DNA of 64,000 bases from contig JANORP010000086.1 in assembly GCA_031415375.1 (NCBI GenBank), positions 16,569-80,568 of the forward strand, in the 5' to 3' direction. Shown in pieces: positions 37,020 through 45,341 of this stretch (position 1 is the stretch's first letter; every line of letters begins with the position of its first letter). Position numbers and translations under genes: made by a program. The stretch is from Bacteroidota bacterium. GTDB taxonomy: Bacteria; Bacteroidota; Bacteroidia; J057; JADKCL01. A model generated the notes under the pieces. It had not been told where the DNA came from. It made no database searches and saw nothing but the letters and a program-made list of their open reading frames with translations.

Positions 37020-37373
37020 ATGAACAGCCGCATAGAATATTGGCTACAAATCAACCTAAATGAAGCCGATGAAACTTCAGTCACCGATTTATTGATGGTC
37101 AACGGTGCCACACTGAAACGAAACAATGCCTCGCTCAACCTTGTGTTTGTAGAAACGGAAGAAGTTCCTACGCGCGACTTCCTTTCAGAATTGGCCTTGC
37201 TGGTGAAAGCACAAGCACCAAAATTGATGGCGCTTGGAATCAGCGAAAACGACCTCGGAATCTTGGTACTTTACCAATATGACGCACAATGCAACATGGA
37301 GTTTTCCGTCCACCAACTCAAGCTACTCAGCGATGCAGGGCTTACGCTGAGCATTTCTTGTTGGCAAGGATAG
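37020..37373 (+). CDS. DUF4279-like small protein (tentative), immunity-island gene
   Basis: 117-aa ORF. C-terminal pattern ...LGILVLYQYDAQCNMEFSVHQLKLLSDAGLTLSISCW resembles DUF4279 family ends (from memory). Low confidence. Confidence 0.45.
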   Translation: MNSRIEYWLQINLNEADETSVTDLLMVNGATLKRNNASLNLVFVETEEVPTRDFLSELALLVKAQAPKLMALGISENDLGILVLYQYDAQCNMEFSVHQLKLLSDAGLTLSISCWQG

Positions 37374-37393
37374 TTTCCTCAAAATCCCCCAAC

Positions 37394-38575
37394 TCACCCC
37401 TCCTGCGCCACCGAACTCAACAGCAACTTTGTATTGTGCTCCAAACTCGGCGCACCCGTGAGTTTGAGTGAAATCGGCGGCATTGCGGCATCGTGGCGAT
37501 GTTGCAAGGCTTGCACGACGGCACTCACGGCCCAGTCATAATTCATGGGTTGATTGCCGATGATTTCCAGCGCATCCACATCGGCTGAGACCGCTGTTTT
37601 GCGGTCCTCGTTCCAGAGCGACATCAGCAGTGTGCCTTCGGTGAGATCGCGCTGTGTTTCCCCGCCGATCTGACCCACGACGGTCTTGACATCAAGTTCC
37701 AGATCATTCGCTTCCAAGCAGATACGACAGCGCACCCATGTCCAATCTGCATATTCCAATTGTGTGGCGCGGGCATTGCAATTGCGGCAATAGACGCTTG
37801 GAAAAGCCAACCTTTGCGCCAATTGTGAATAGATGATGTCGTCGATTTTCTCGGCCGTCAGGTGCATGTTTCTGCGGTTTTGGCCTTTGCGAAAACCTCC
37901 GAGTGCCACAGCCTGTTTCCAAGCCTTGTGCTCTTCCATGAGCTTGGCCATAGGGCCGAGTTTCAAGACATATTTGCCACTTGCGACCATGCTCAACACG
38001 CGGTGGGCCTCCATCGCAGCATTGCGAACCTCTACATCGGGGTCGGCTTTCAACTTCTCCAACGCTCCCAAGCCCACACGCGGATCCAATTCCATCAGAC
38101 CATTGACCGCTGCAATGCGCACCTCGGGGTCTGGATTGCGTCCTAGGTCGAAGATAAATGCCTTTGCAGTCTCCAAGTCACAAAAAGCGGCGATCTTTTT
38201 GGCGGTGACGACCAGCATCCATAGCCTGAAGGTTTGCGTTTTTTTGCCTGAATAGTCATATCTGAGCAAGCGTGGCACAAAATAGCCCACACCAAAGGCG
38301 ATCAAAGGGCCAGTTTGCTCCCTTAAAAAGGCCGCGACGATGAAAAACGCAAAGCCGATAAAGGCTGGCATCAAGTGAATAAAAAAGAGAAGATTCGGCC
38401 TACGCGTAAGCAGTTTCGCGCGCTTCAAGATGCCTTTGGGACGCGTGAGCCAGCCTGGCTCTAGCCACCAACGCCCCCACTTCTCAGCCCGCGCCTTGGC
38501 ATTGTAGCCGACCATGTAGGCCACGAAGACCCCCAAGAGGAGGCTGAATAGTCCATAAGTTTCTTCCCACTGCAT
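37394..38575 (-). CDS. TM + HEAT-repeat + zinc-ribbon + conserved C-terminal-domain protein, paralog 1 of 6
   Basis: N-terminal hydrophobic helices. HEAT-like DPEVRIAAVNGLMEL and DPDVEVRNAAMEA. YSQLAQRLAFPSVYCRNC...WVRCRIC, VVGQIGG, LEIIG, YDWAVSAVVQAL. Confidence 0.8.
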   Translation of the reverse strand: MQWEETYGLFSLLLGVFVAYMVGYNAKARAEKWGRWWLEPGWLTRPKGILKRAKLLTRRPNLLFFIHLMPAFIGFAFFIVAAFLREQTGPLIAFGVGYFVPRLLRYDYSGKKTQTFRLWMLVVTAKKIAAFCDLETAKAFIFDLGRNPDPEVRIAAVNGLMELDPRVGLGALEKLKADPDVEVRNAAMEAHRVLSMVASGKYVLKLGPMAKLMEEHKAWKQAVALGGFRKGQNRRNMHLTAEKIDDIIYSQLAQRLAFPSVYCRNCNARATQLEYADWTWVRCRICLEANDLELDVKTVVGQIGGETQRDLTEGTLLMSLWNEDRKTAVSADVDALEIIGNQPMNYDWAVSAVVQALQHRHDAAMPPISLKLTGAPSLEHNTKLLLSSVAQEG

Positions 38576-38677
38576 AGGTTACAATTGATTGATGGCTGAA
38601 AATTAAGCATCTAAATGCTGCTGCGCAAATCCGTGCATGCTCTCGGCAAGACGATGGCATTGCTCCAAAGGCGCAGC

Positions 38678-39901
38678 TCATGGCACCAAATGAAATTGAG
38701 GATCGAGGTCGCGCAGCAATTGCTGTGTGTTGCGCGACATGACGGGCGCATCCACCAGCTTCACGCGGATGCCTTTCCCATAATCAGGGTTTTCATTGTG
38801 CAATTTCTCAACGACGGCACTCACCGCCCAATCGTAATCGAATGGCGACCCACCGATGATTTCCAACGTTGTCATCGTCGCATTGCGCGCTTTTTGCGTG
38901 CGCACATCCCAGAGCTGCACATGTAGCATGCCCGAGACCAAATTCCAATCTTTGGAACCGCCGATCTGCCCTGTGACCTGCGCAATATCGGCCACGAGAT
39001 ACATGGCCTCCTTGCATTGCACGCAGCGCACCCAATCCCATTCCAAATAGGATTGTTGCTCGGCGATGGCATAACATTGCCGACAATACAACAGCGGAAA
39101 AGCCCTGCGCAATATCACCTGCGAATACACGATTTCATCGATGCGCTTGCCCGTCTTTTCAAAGAGGCTCTCGTAGTCGGTGCGCGAAGCAACCTCTGAG
39201 CGACGCTTTCGCAATCCATCCAAATTTTTGTGGTCGGCGATCAGTGCATTCATCTGACCCAAGCCGAGCGGCGGGCTTACCAACAACTTCTGAAGGGAAA
39301 TGATGGTAGCCAACGCAGCTGTCACAACCTCTGGCACGGGGTCTTTGGCCAATTTCTCCAAGATCGGTAAATGGTCGAGCGTCCCTAGCTCTTTGAAGCC
39401 CGTTGCTGCCGCGATGCGCAATGTCGGCTGGCTTTGATGAGCAGATGCCGACAGCAGTGCCACGGCATCCTCGGAATTGCCCAAACGAGTGATCATCTTT
39501 GCACCGAGCTCAGCAATCGCAAGCCTGAAATTGCGTAGCCTTTTGCCCAAACCCAAAAAATAGCCGATCCCAAAAGCCACACAATATCCTGCACACATCC
39601 CCATGGCATCGGTCAGAAAATCTGTGTCAAGCAAGGGGAAACTACCGCTATAGGTCGCCCAATAAAACATTCCACCAAATACAACCGCTGGCGTAACCAG
39701 CGACCAAGCATGCAACCAATTGTAAGGCAACAGCGCCAATTTGGCACGCCAAAGCACCTTTTGTGTTGCATTGTGGCCGCGCGGTCGCCAATAGCCCGAT
39801 TTCTCATTGGGTTTGAGATTCAAAAAACTAGGGAGACTCGTGAGAAAAATCACGCACCCCATGAGGCTCCAAAGCAAAAAAGAGGAAGATGAATCAGGCA
39901 T
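38678..39901 (-). CDS. TM + HEAT-repeat + zinc-ribbon + conserved C-terminal-domain protein, paralog 2 of 6
   Basis: YSQVILRRAFPLLYCRQC...WVRCVQC, VTGQIGG, LEIIGG, YDWAVSAVVEKL. HEAT-like LRIAAATGFKELG...DPVPEVVTAALATI. Confidence 0.8.
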   Translation of the reverse strand: MPDSSSSFLLWSLMGCVIFLTSLPSFLNLKPNEKSGYWRPRGHNATQKVLWRAKLALLPYNWLHAWSLVTPAVVFGGMFYWATYSGSFPLLDTDFLTDAMGMCAGYCVAFGIGYFLGLGKRLRNFRLAIAELGAKMITRLGNSEDAVALLSASAHQSQPTLRIAAATGFKELGTLDHLPILEKLAKDPVPEVVTAALATIISLQKLLVSPPLGLGQMNALIADHKNLDGLRKRRSEVASRTDYESLFEKTGKRIDEIVYSQVILRRAFPLLYCRQCYAIAEQQSYLEWDWVRCVQCKEAMYLVADIAQVTGQIGGSKDWNLVSGMLHVQLWDVRTQKARNATMTTLEIIGGSPFDYDWAVSAVVEKLHNENPDYGKGIRVKLVDAPVMSRNTQQLLRDLDPQFHLVP

Positions 39902-39907
39902 AGGCTA

Positions 39908-41143
39908 TCAATCATTTAAAGGTGTATGGTTTTCAGCCGCAAGCGTAGGATCTATGGTGCGCAATAAACTGTATGAATTCGACGACAGGAGCGGATAATG
40001 GGTGAGCACCACGTAAGGTCGAGGTGCGTCGTAGGTCACAAACGTATGCAACTGCTCCACGACAGCGCTCACTGCCCAGTCGTAGGCGATGTCTTGCAGG
40101 CCCACAATTTCCAGCCGATCGAGCTCGGCACCACGCGCCTTGCGTTCCTCACGGTCCCAAAGGCTCAATTTCAGTTCGCCATGGTGCAATTCCCAGGCCT
40201 CGACCCCGCCGATCTGCCCGGTCACCACCACGACACCAGGCTTCATCCCAAAGACGTCTTTGCAGCGTTTGCAGCGCACCCAAGCCCAATCTTTGAAATG
40301 GAGTTCCTCGCCTCTACAGCGACAGTCCATACAATAGACAGAGGGAAAAGAGCGTCGTAGGGGCAGCTGCGCATAAATCACGCGGTCAAATATTTCCTTC
40401 AAGCGATGGTATTCGACCAGCAAATCGGCCTTGAGGGTGGCATCGACCATGATGTCGAGCTGCGAATCGAGCCTTGCATAATCCAGGGCAACTTGCTCCA
40501 AAGAAATGACGCTTTCGCGCATTTGGCCAATGAGAACGGCCTGAATTTTTTCCAGTGAGTTCTTGGCAGCAAGGCGCACTTCTTGGCAGGCGTCATGCGT
40601 GAGTTGCTCCAAGATCGCATTGCCAGTTGCGGTGCCCAAGTACCGCAAGGCGATCGCTGCCGCGAGGCGTTGGCGCTTCTCAGGCTCTAAGCTCGCTTGC
40701 CCCAAGATCAGCTCAGCATCGTCCAATGTACCGCGTCGTGCGATTGCCTTGGCAGCTTGTATCGCCTCTGCTTGCAGGTGCTCACCAATCGCCTTGCGCA
40801 AACCGAGGAAATAACTGCCCCCAACGCCCAACGCAGCACCAAGCAGATAGCCTCCAAAGATATCCCAACGCAATGAACCTGCCAGCTGCCCATCGCCAGT
40901 CCCCCATGTCAATACCGAAAGCAACAAGCCCACAAGTCCCGTAGGGAGCACCAAATTCCAGGTAAATAGATACGCTCGCTTGGACAGCGCCAGTCGCACG
41001 CGACGTGTGAGCCTCTGGCCCGCAAGCTTGCCGACAGGATGCCAAAATGGGGATCGGTCATCGGTTTGGGAGCGGATATAAGCGGGGATACTGGCTAGGA
41101 AGACAGCCATCCCAAAGAACCCCGCGCCTAGCATCGCATCCAT
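39908..41143 (-). CDS. TM + HEAT-repeat + zinc-ribbon + conserved C-terminal-domain protein, paralog 3 of 6
   Basis: YAQLPLRRSFPSVYCMDC...WVRCKRC, VTGQIGG, LEIVG, YDWAVSAVVEQL. Start moved from the TTG at 41293 to the ATG at 41143 (MDAMLGAGFFGMAVFLAS) to match the N-termini of the other paralogs. Confidence 0.8.
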   Translation of the reverse strand: MDAMLGAGFFGMAVFLASIPAYIRSQTDDRSPFWHPVGKLAGQRLTRRVRLALSKRAYLFTWNLVLPTGLVGLLLSVLTWGTGDGQLAGSLRWDIFGGYLLGAALGVGGSYFLGLRKAIGEHLQAEAIQAAKAIARRGTLDDAELILGQASLEPEKRQRLAAAIALRYLGTATGNAILEQLTHDACQEVRLAAKNSLEKIQAVLIGQMRESVISLEQVALDYARLDSQLDIMVDATLKADLLVEYHRLKEIFDRVIYAQLPLRRSFPSVYCMDCRCRGEELHFKDWAWVRCKRCKDVFGMKPGVVVVTGQIGGVEAWELHHGELKLSLWDREERKARGAELDRLEIVGLQDIAYDWAVSAVVEQLHTFVTYDAPRPYVVLTHYPLLSSNSYSLLRTIDPTLAAENHTPLND

Positions 41144-41337
41144 GTAAGTGAGCTTGTATTTGAACTTACAAGATAAGAAAAATTGGATTAAGTGCTGCAC
41201 GCTTTGGCGGTCAAAAGGTGCCATCAATACAACAACTACTGGAAGTCTTTGTGCGCTGAGAAATGAAGCGTCACAACGTCGATGCAGCGTCAAAGCACTA
41301 ATCGGGAGCGATGCCGTTTTTCAAAATCCCACGCAAC

Positions 41338-42549
41338 TCACTCTGGCGCACGCAGCTCAAAGGTCGGCACGATGCTCTGATCCAAAGTCTTGAGTAAATG
41401 CAAGGAATTGGCTTCCAACACGGGATTGCCGACAAGTTTCACCGCGATGCGCGAACCAACGCCGAGGCTTTGGTTGTACAATTTATCGACGATGGCGCTC
41501 ACGGCCCAGTCGTAATTGATGGGCTTGCCACCCACGATTTCCAAGACATCGAGGTCGGCTGCGCGCGCTTTGCGGCTTGCATCGTCCCAGAGGTTTAAAT
41601 GCAATTTGCCGTTTTGGATGTCCCAGCTGACATCGCCGCCGATCTGTCCTATGGCTTGCTGCACACCCGGCTGCAGGCCATGTACCTCCTTGCATTGGCG
41701 GCAGCTCACCCAGTCCCATTCTTCATAATGGTGCTGCTCGGCACGGGCATAGCAGTTTTGGCAATAGACATCTGGAAATGAGCGCCGCAATGGCAATTGC
41801 GAAAAGACGATCTCGTCGATCTGCCGCGTGATTTCATGAAACTTCTCAAGGTCCAAGCTGTATTGGCGCTTCTTTCTCTTGCTGCGGAGACGCTTCACAA
41901 GGTAGGCATGCTCAGACACGTAGGTGTCCATGGTGCGCACACTCAGCCGGCCCTTGCCCTGATAGACTTGATGCAAGTCATTGTAGGCATCACGTGCCGC
42001 CGTGGCGACCGCTGTTTCCTTGTCTTCGCCGAGCAGCAGCAGGGCCTCGCCACCCTCCTTGGTCCCCAATTCGCGCAGGCCCATGGCAGCTGCGATGCGC
42101 AATGCAGGGTCTGTCGATTTGGTCAATGGCACCAAGATCGCATTGGCGGTAGCGGGTTGCACGCGGCGGGCGAGTTTTTGCGCTGCAAAAATGGCGATTT
42201 GCTTGCGGTAATTGGAGAGGGTATTCTTGTGGTCGAGCGGATAAGCGATGGCGGCGGCACCTGCGTAGCCGATCATGCCGCCGATGACAAGCGTGGCCGG
42301 CACGCTGAGTGGCAAAAGATAGATGGCCCCCAAAAATAGGCCCATGGCGAGCAAAGGCGAAAACAAGGGCAAGAGATACAAATGATTCCTCGATGACAGT
42401 GCCGTCTTCACGCGACGCACAAAACCTGCTTCACCACTTGGCCGCCATGGCCTAAACCAGCGGTACAGCCACCGCGGCTCCTCGCGGCCAAGCGCCTTGA
42501 TCGACCCCAATAGTGTGATCGCACCAGCAAATATTCCCCAAGTCAGCAT
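41338..42549 (-). CDS. TM + HEAT-repeat + zinc-ribbon + conserved C-terminal-domain protein, paralog 4 of 6
   Basis: FSQLPLRRSFPDVYCQNC...WVSCRQC, AIGQIGG, LEIVGG, YDWAVSAIVDKL. HEAT-like DPALRIAAAMGLRELG. Confidence 0.8.
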   Translation of the reverse strand: MLTWGIFAGAITLLGSIKALGREEPRWLYRWFRPWRPSGEAGFVRRVKTALSSRNHLYLLPLFSPLLAMGLFLGAIYLLPLSVPATLVIGGMIGYAGAAAIAYPLDHKNTLSNYRKQIAIFAAQKLARRVQPATANAILVPLTKSTDPALRIAAAMGLRELGTKEGGEALLLLGEDKETAVATAARDAYNDLHQVYQGKGRLSVRTMDTYVSEHAYLVKRLRSKRKKRQYSLDLEKFHEITRQIDEIVFSQLPLRRSFPDVYCQNCYARAEQHHYEEWDWVSCRQCKEVHGLQPGVQQAIGQIGGDVSWDIQNGKLHLNLWDDASRKARAADLDVLEIVGGKPINYDWAVSAIVDKLYNQSLGVGSRIAVKLVGNPVLEANSLHLLKTLDQSIVPTFELRAPE

Positions 42550-42650
42550 TGTTCCAAAAGGTGATGAATGAGCCTGATGTCAAAACTAAGTAAAAGATGC
42601 GACTTGGTAGAAGATCAAGCACCCCAAGACAAATCACAAATCCACCAATC

Positions 42651-42722
42651 GAAGCGGGAGAAGCGGGAGAAGCGGGAGAAGCGGGAGAAGCGGGAGAAGC
42701 GGGAGAAGCGGGAGAAGCGGGA
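42651..42722. repeat. 8 x 9-bp perfect tandem repeat (GAAGCGGGA)
   Basis: Read directly: gaagcggga x8 from 42651 to 42722. The last unit is the normal left arm of hairpin 1 of repeat-element copy C, so the tract is an expansion of that arm. Confidence 0.95.
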
Positions 42723-42770
42723 GCCTCCGGCTCCAACGCTGACACAACCGTGAGCCTCCGGCTCACGAAA
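42714..42770. repeat. palindromic repeat element, copy C (core hairpins; outer arms degenerate)
   Basis: GAAGCGGGAGCCTCCGGCTCCAACGCTGAC...GTGAGCCTCCGGCTCACGAAA has the same two hairpins and spacer as copies A and B. Located in the 275-nt spacer between paralogs 4 and 5. Confidence 0.7.
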
Positions 42771-42824
42771 AAAACACCTATCGTCTCGCACACCCACCGA
42801 CCAGCAATCATCACCTCACCACGC

Positions 42825-44012
42825 TCAACGCAAAATACCCAAATTGCCATCGAGCGCCCTAAGCAAACTCAAGCTGTTAGATTCCAAAACCGGCTCGCCG
42901 ACCAGCTTTACCGGAACTTCAGGGTGCAGCTGTGAGCTGTGCTGCTGCAAGCACTCCACGACTGCGCCCACCGCCCAATCGTAATGGATGCCCTGCCCAC
43001 CCATGACGTGCAATTCGTCCAGATCAGCACCCACGCCCGTGCGTGCGTCCTCATCCCAAAGTTGCAGCGTCAATGTACCCGCATGCAATCCCCACGGTCC
43101 ATTGCTACCGATATGCCCGACCACATCAATGATCCCCGTCTGCAAGCCGCCGACCGTCTTGCACTTGCGGCAGCGCACCCAGTCACGCCCCTCATGCACG
43201 AGACGCTGGGCACGGGCATTGCAAGCCCGGCAATAAACATGGGGAAAAGCGCGGCGCAAGGGCAATTGTGAACCAACGACCTTGTCCATGGTCCACAAGA
43301 TATCCGCCATGCGCATGCGTGACGCGTAGCGCCCCGGCCATATCGAACGCCAAGGGAGCCCATTTTCCAGTTGGTGGTATTCCTCGACCAAAGTATCCAT
43401 GCCTTCTACCGGTTGCGGTGCCAACTCACCATCCCAGGATTGCTTCAACTCCAGAAAGTCCCGCCGCGCCTGTGCACCGTGACTCGACTGATCCATTGCG
43501 CCAAGACCCCTCAGTTCCTCCATGGCCTCTGCCGTGCCCAGCGCCCGCAAGGCCTGCAAGGCAGCAAACCTGAAATCCACCGTCGCAGACTTCGCAAACG
43601 ATACCAAGATGTCATTGGCAATGGCTGGTGAAAGCCGATAGGCGGCTTCGCGTGCGCAATGGGTCACGATCTTGATGCGGTAAGATTTGAATAGCCCCAA
43701 GAGCAATCCCAAGAGTGCCGCAATAGAATATGTGCCAATGAGTGCGACAACAAATGGCATTTGGGCCGCGATGCCGCCCCACAGTAGCAGGAGTATCCCG
43801 CCCACGAGAAGCAAAGGCAACGGCAAAAAGATGCGCAGTGAATACAACCAACCTTGTGAGGACAAAGCCCTTCGCACGCGTGACTCAAACTTGACAACGG
43901 TGCGCGGTGCAAATGCACTCACATTGCGGCTGATCCAAGTCGCACTTCCACCCAGCATTCCTGCGGTGCGCAGCAAAAAACAAACAATCCCGATCACAAT
44001 TCCTGTTGACAT
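42825..44012 (-). CDS. TM + HEAT-repeat + zinc-ribbon + conserved C-terminal-domain protein, paralog 5 of 6
   Basis: GSQLPLRRAFPHVYCRAC...WVRCRKC, VVGHIGS, LHVMGG, YDWAVGAVVECL. This is the most divergent copy. Confidence 0.8.
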   Translation of the reverse strand: MSTGIVIGIVCFLLRTAGMLGGSATWISRNVSAFAPRTVVKFESRVRRALSSQGWLYSLRIFLPLPLLLVGGILLLLWGGIAAQMPFVVALIGTYSIAALLGLLLGLFKSYRIKIVTHCAREAAYRLSPAIANDILVSFAKSATVDFRFAALQALRALGTAEAMEELRGLGAMDQSSHGAQARRDFLELKQSWDGELAPQPVEGMDTLVEEYHQLENGLPWRSIWPGRYASRMRMADILWTMDKVVGSQLPLRRAFPHVYCRACNARAQRLVHEGRDWVRCRKCKTVGGLQTGIIDVVGHIGSNGPWGLHAGTLTLQLWDEDARTGVGADLDELHVMGGQGIHYDWAVGAVVECLQQHSSQLHPEVPVKLVGEPVLESNSLSLLRALDGNLGILR

Positions 44013-44101
44013 GGTCTATGCTATCTGTTGATCGCGCTGCCTGCATTTGCGCGGGGCTACGCCCAAAGTTGCGTCAGCCTTCCGAAACAAGCAACAGCAC
44101 C

Positions 44102-45310
44102 CTAATTGGGCCATCTGAAGTCTTGGTCTATCGTCTTGAGCAAACGCAATGTGTTGGGTTCCAACACAGGATCCCCGACGAGTTGCACAGGTATCTCAGC
44201 GCGGTCTTGGGCGTTGTGTTTGTGAAACAGCTCGACGACCGCACTTACTGCCCAGTCGTAGGTGATGGCCTGGCCAGCAGCGATTTCCAATCGGGAAATT
44301 TCCCCGAGGCGGGCGATACGCGTGGCCTCATTCCAGAGATTGACCCGCAGCGTACCCTCGTGGAGGACCCAGTCCTCGGCTGCTCCGATCTGCCCGATCA
44401 CTTCGTGTACCCCTGGCACGAGGTCATCGGCTTGGTGACATTGTTTGCAACGCAACCAATCCCAGCTTTCGTAGGCGAGCAATTCGGGGCGTGCATAACA
44501 GGTCTTGCAATACACATCTGGAAACGAACGCCGCACAGCGAGTTGCGAGAAAACCAAGTCGTCCATTTGCTGCATGACCAGATCCAGTTCTTGGGCGTGC
44601 TGGATGCGGTCGCGCTTGGATTTGCGGCGATAGATTTGCGCGATCAGTTGGCGATGTGCGATGGCTAGCGCCGGCATACTTGCGACTGGGATGGGCTTGG
44701 TCTTGCCATCGGTCAAAGCCAGGAGTTCATTGCGGGCAAGTCCGGCGGCATCGGCGACCTCGGGCGATTGATCCTGAACCAAATAATGCAGCATTTGTAC
44801 AGCCGATGGCGTGCCGACTGCCCGCAACGCTTTCACTGCGGCGAGGCGGCTCTCCCACCACGACCCATTGGCCAATTGCGCCAAAAACTTGACTGCCACA
44901 TCGGGATGTAGGCGGCGAGCGACTTCCAAGGCCGCATAACGCTGGGCTTCGAGGCCATAGCGGACGAGTTTGTCTGAGGCGAACGCCAAAACCCCAAGCG
45001 TGCTGCTACTGACCAAGAAACCAATGCCAAAGATTTCAAAAGCACTCCCAGGCTCGACAAAAAACGCCATGGCAAAGGCCCAAAACCCGAGAAACGGTAG
45101 TATCGAAAAGAAAAATGGCAGTGTGAGAAGTTTGGGCGAGGCGCTCATTGCTTGCCTCAGCCGCCGAATTGTGCGGGTATCGCCATCGGTACCTCGCTGC
45201 CTAAACCAGCGAAATTTCCACACAGGACCCATCTTGAGCCGATGGCGGATGCGTGCATACATCCAAACCGCTCCCGAAACGAGGCCCAAAGTCAATCCGG
45301 CATCAGCCAT
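44102..45310 (-). CDS. TM + HEAT-repeat + zinc-ribbon + conserved C-terminal-domain protein, paralog 6 of 6
   Basis: FSQLAVRRSFPDVYCKTC...WLRCKQC, VIGQIGA, LEIAAG, YDWAVSAVVELF. HEAT-like SRLAAVKALRAVG...DQSPEVADAAGLA. Confidence 0.8.
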   Translation of the reverse strand: MADAGLTLGLVSGAVWMYARIRHRLKMGPVWKFRWFRQRGTDGDTRTIRRLRQAMSASPKLLTLPFFFSILPFLGFWAFAMAFFVEPGSAFEIFGIGFLVSSSTLGVLAFASDKLVRYGLEAQRYAALEVARRLHPDVAVKFLAQLANGSWWESRLAAVKALRAVGTPSAVQMLHYLVQDQSPEVADAAGLARNELLALTDGKTKPIPVASMPALAIAHRQLIAQIYRRKSKRDRIQHAQELDLVMQQMDDLVFSQLAVRRSFPDVYCKTCYARPELLAYESWDWLRCKQCHQADDLVPGVHEVIGQIGAAEDWVLHEGTLRVNLWNEATRIARLGEISRLEIAAGQAITYDWAVSAVVELFHKHNAQDRAEIPVQLVGDPVLEPNTLRLLKTIDQDFRWPN

Positions 45311-45341
45311 GCTGCATATTGATCATCACACCAATACGGCC

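Noticed and set aside
41144-41293. 50-codon N-terminal extension of paralog 3 from a TTG start
   Set aside because: The other five paralogs all begin directly with the first hydrophobic helix. The ATG at 41143 restores that pattern, and the extension has no counterpart in the other copies.
42452-42935. ORFs reading through the 9-bp tandem repeat (EAG x7, PAS x7, REK x7 peptides) and the possibility of a CRISPR array
   Set aside because: All three frames and strands yield perfect tripeptide repeats because the DNA is a perfect 9-bp repeat. The tract is intergenic and part of the repeat element. It is not a CRISPR array: the units are contiguous, with no spacers, and far too short.
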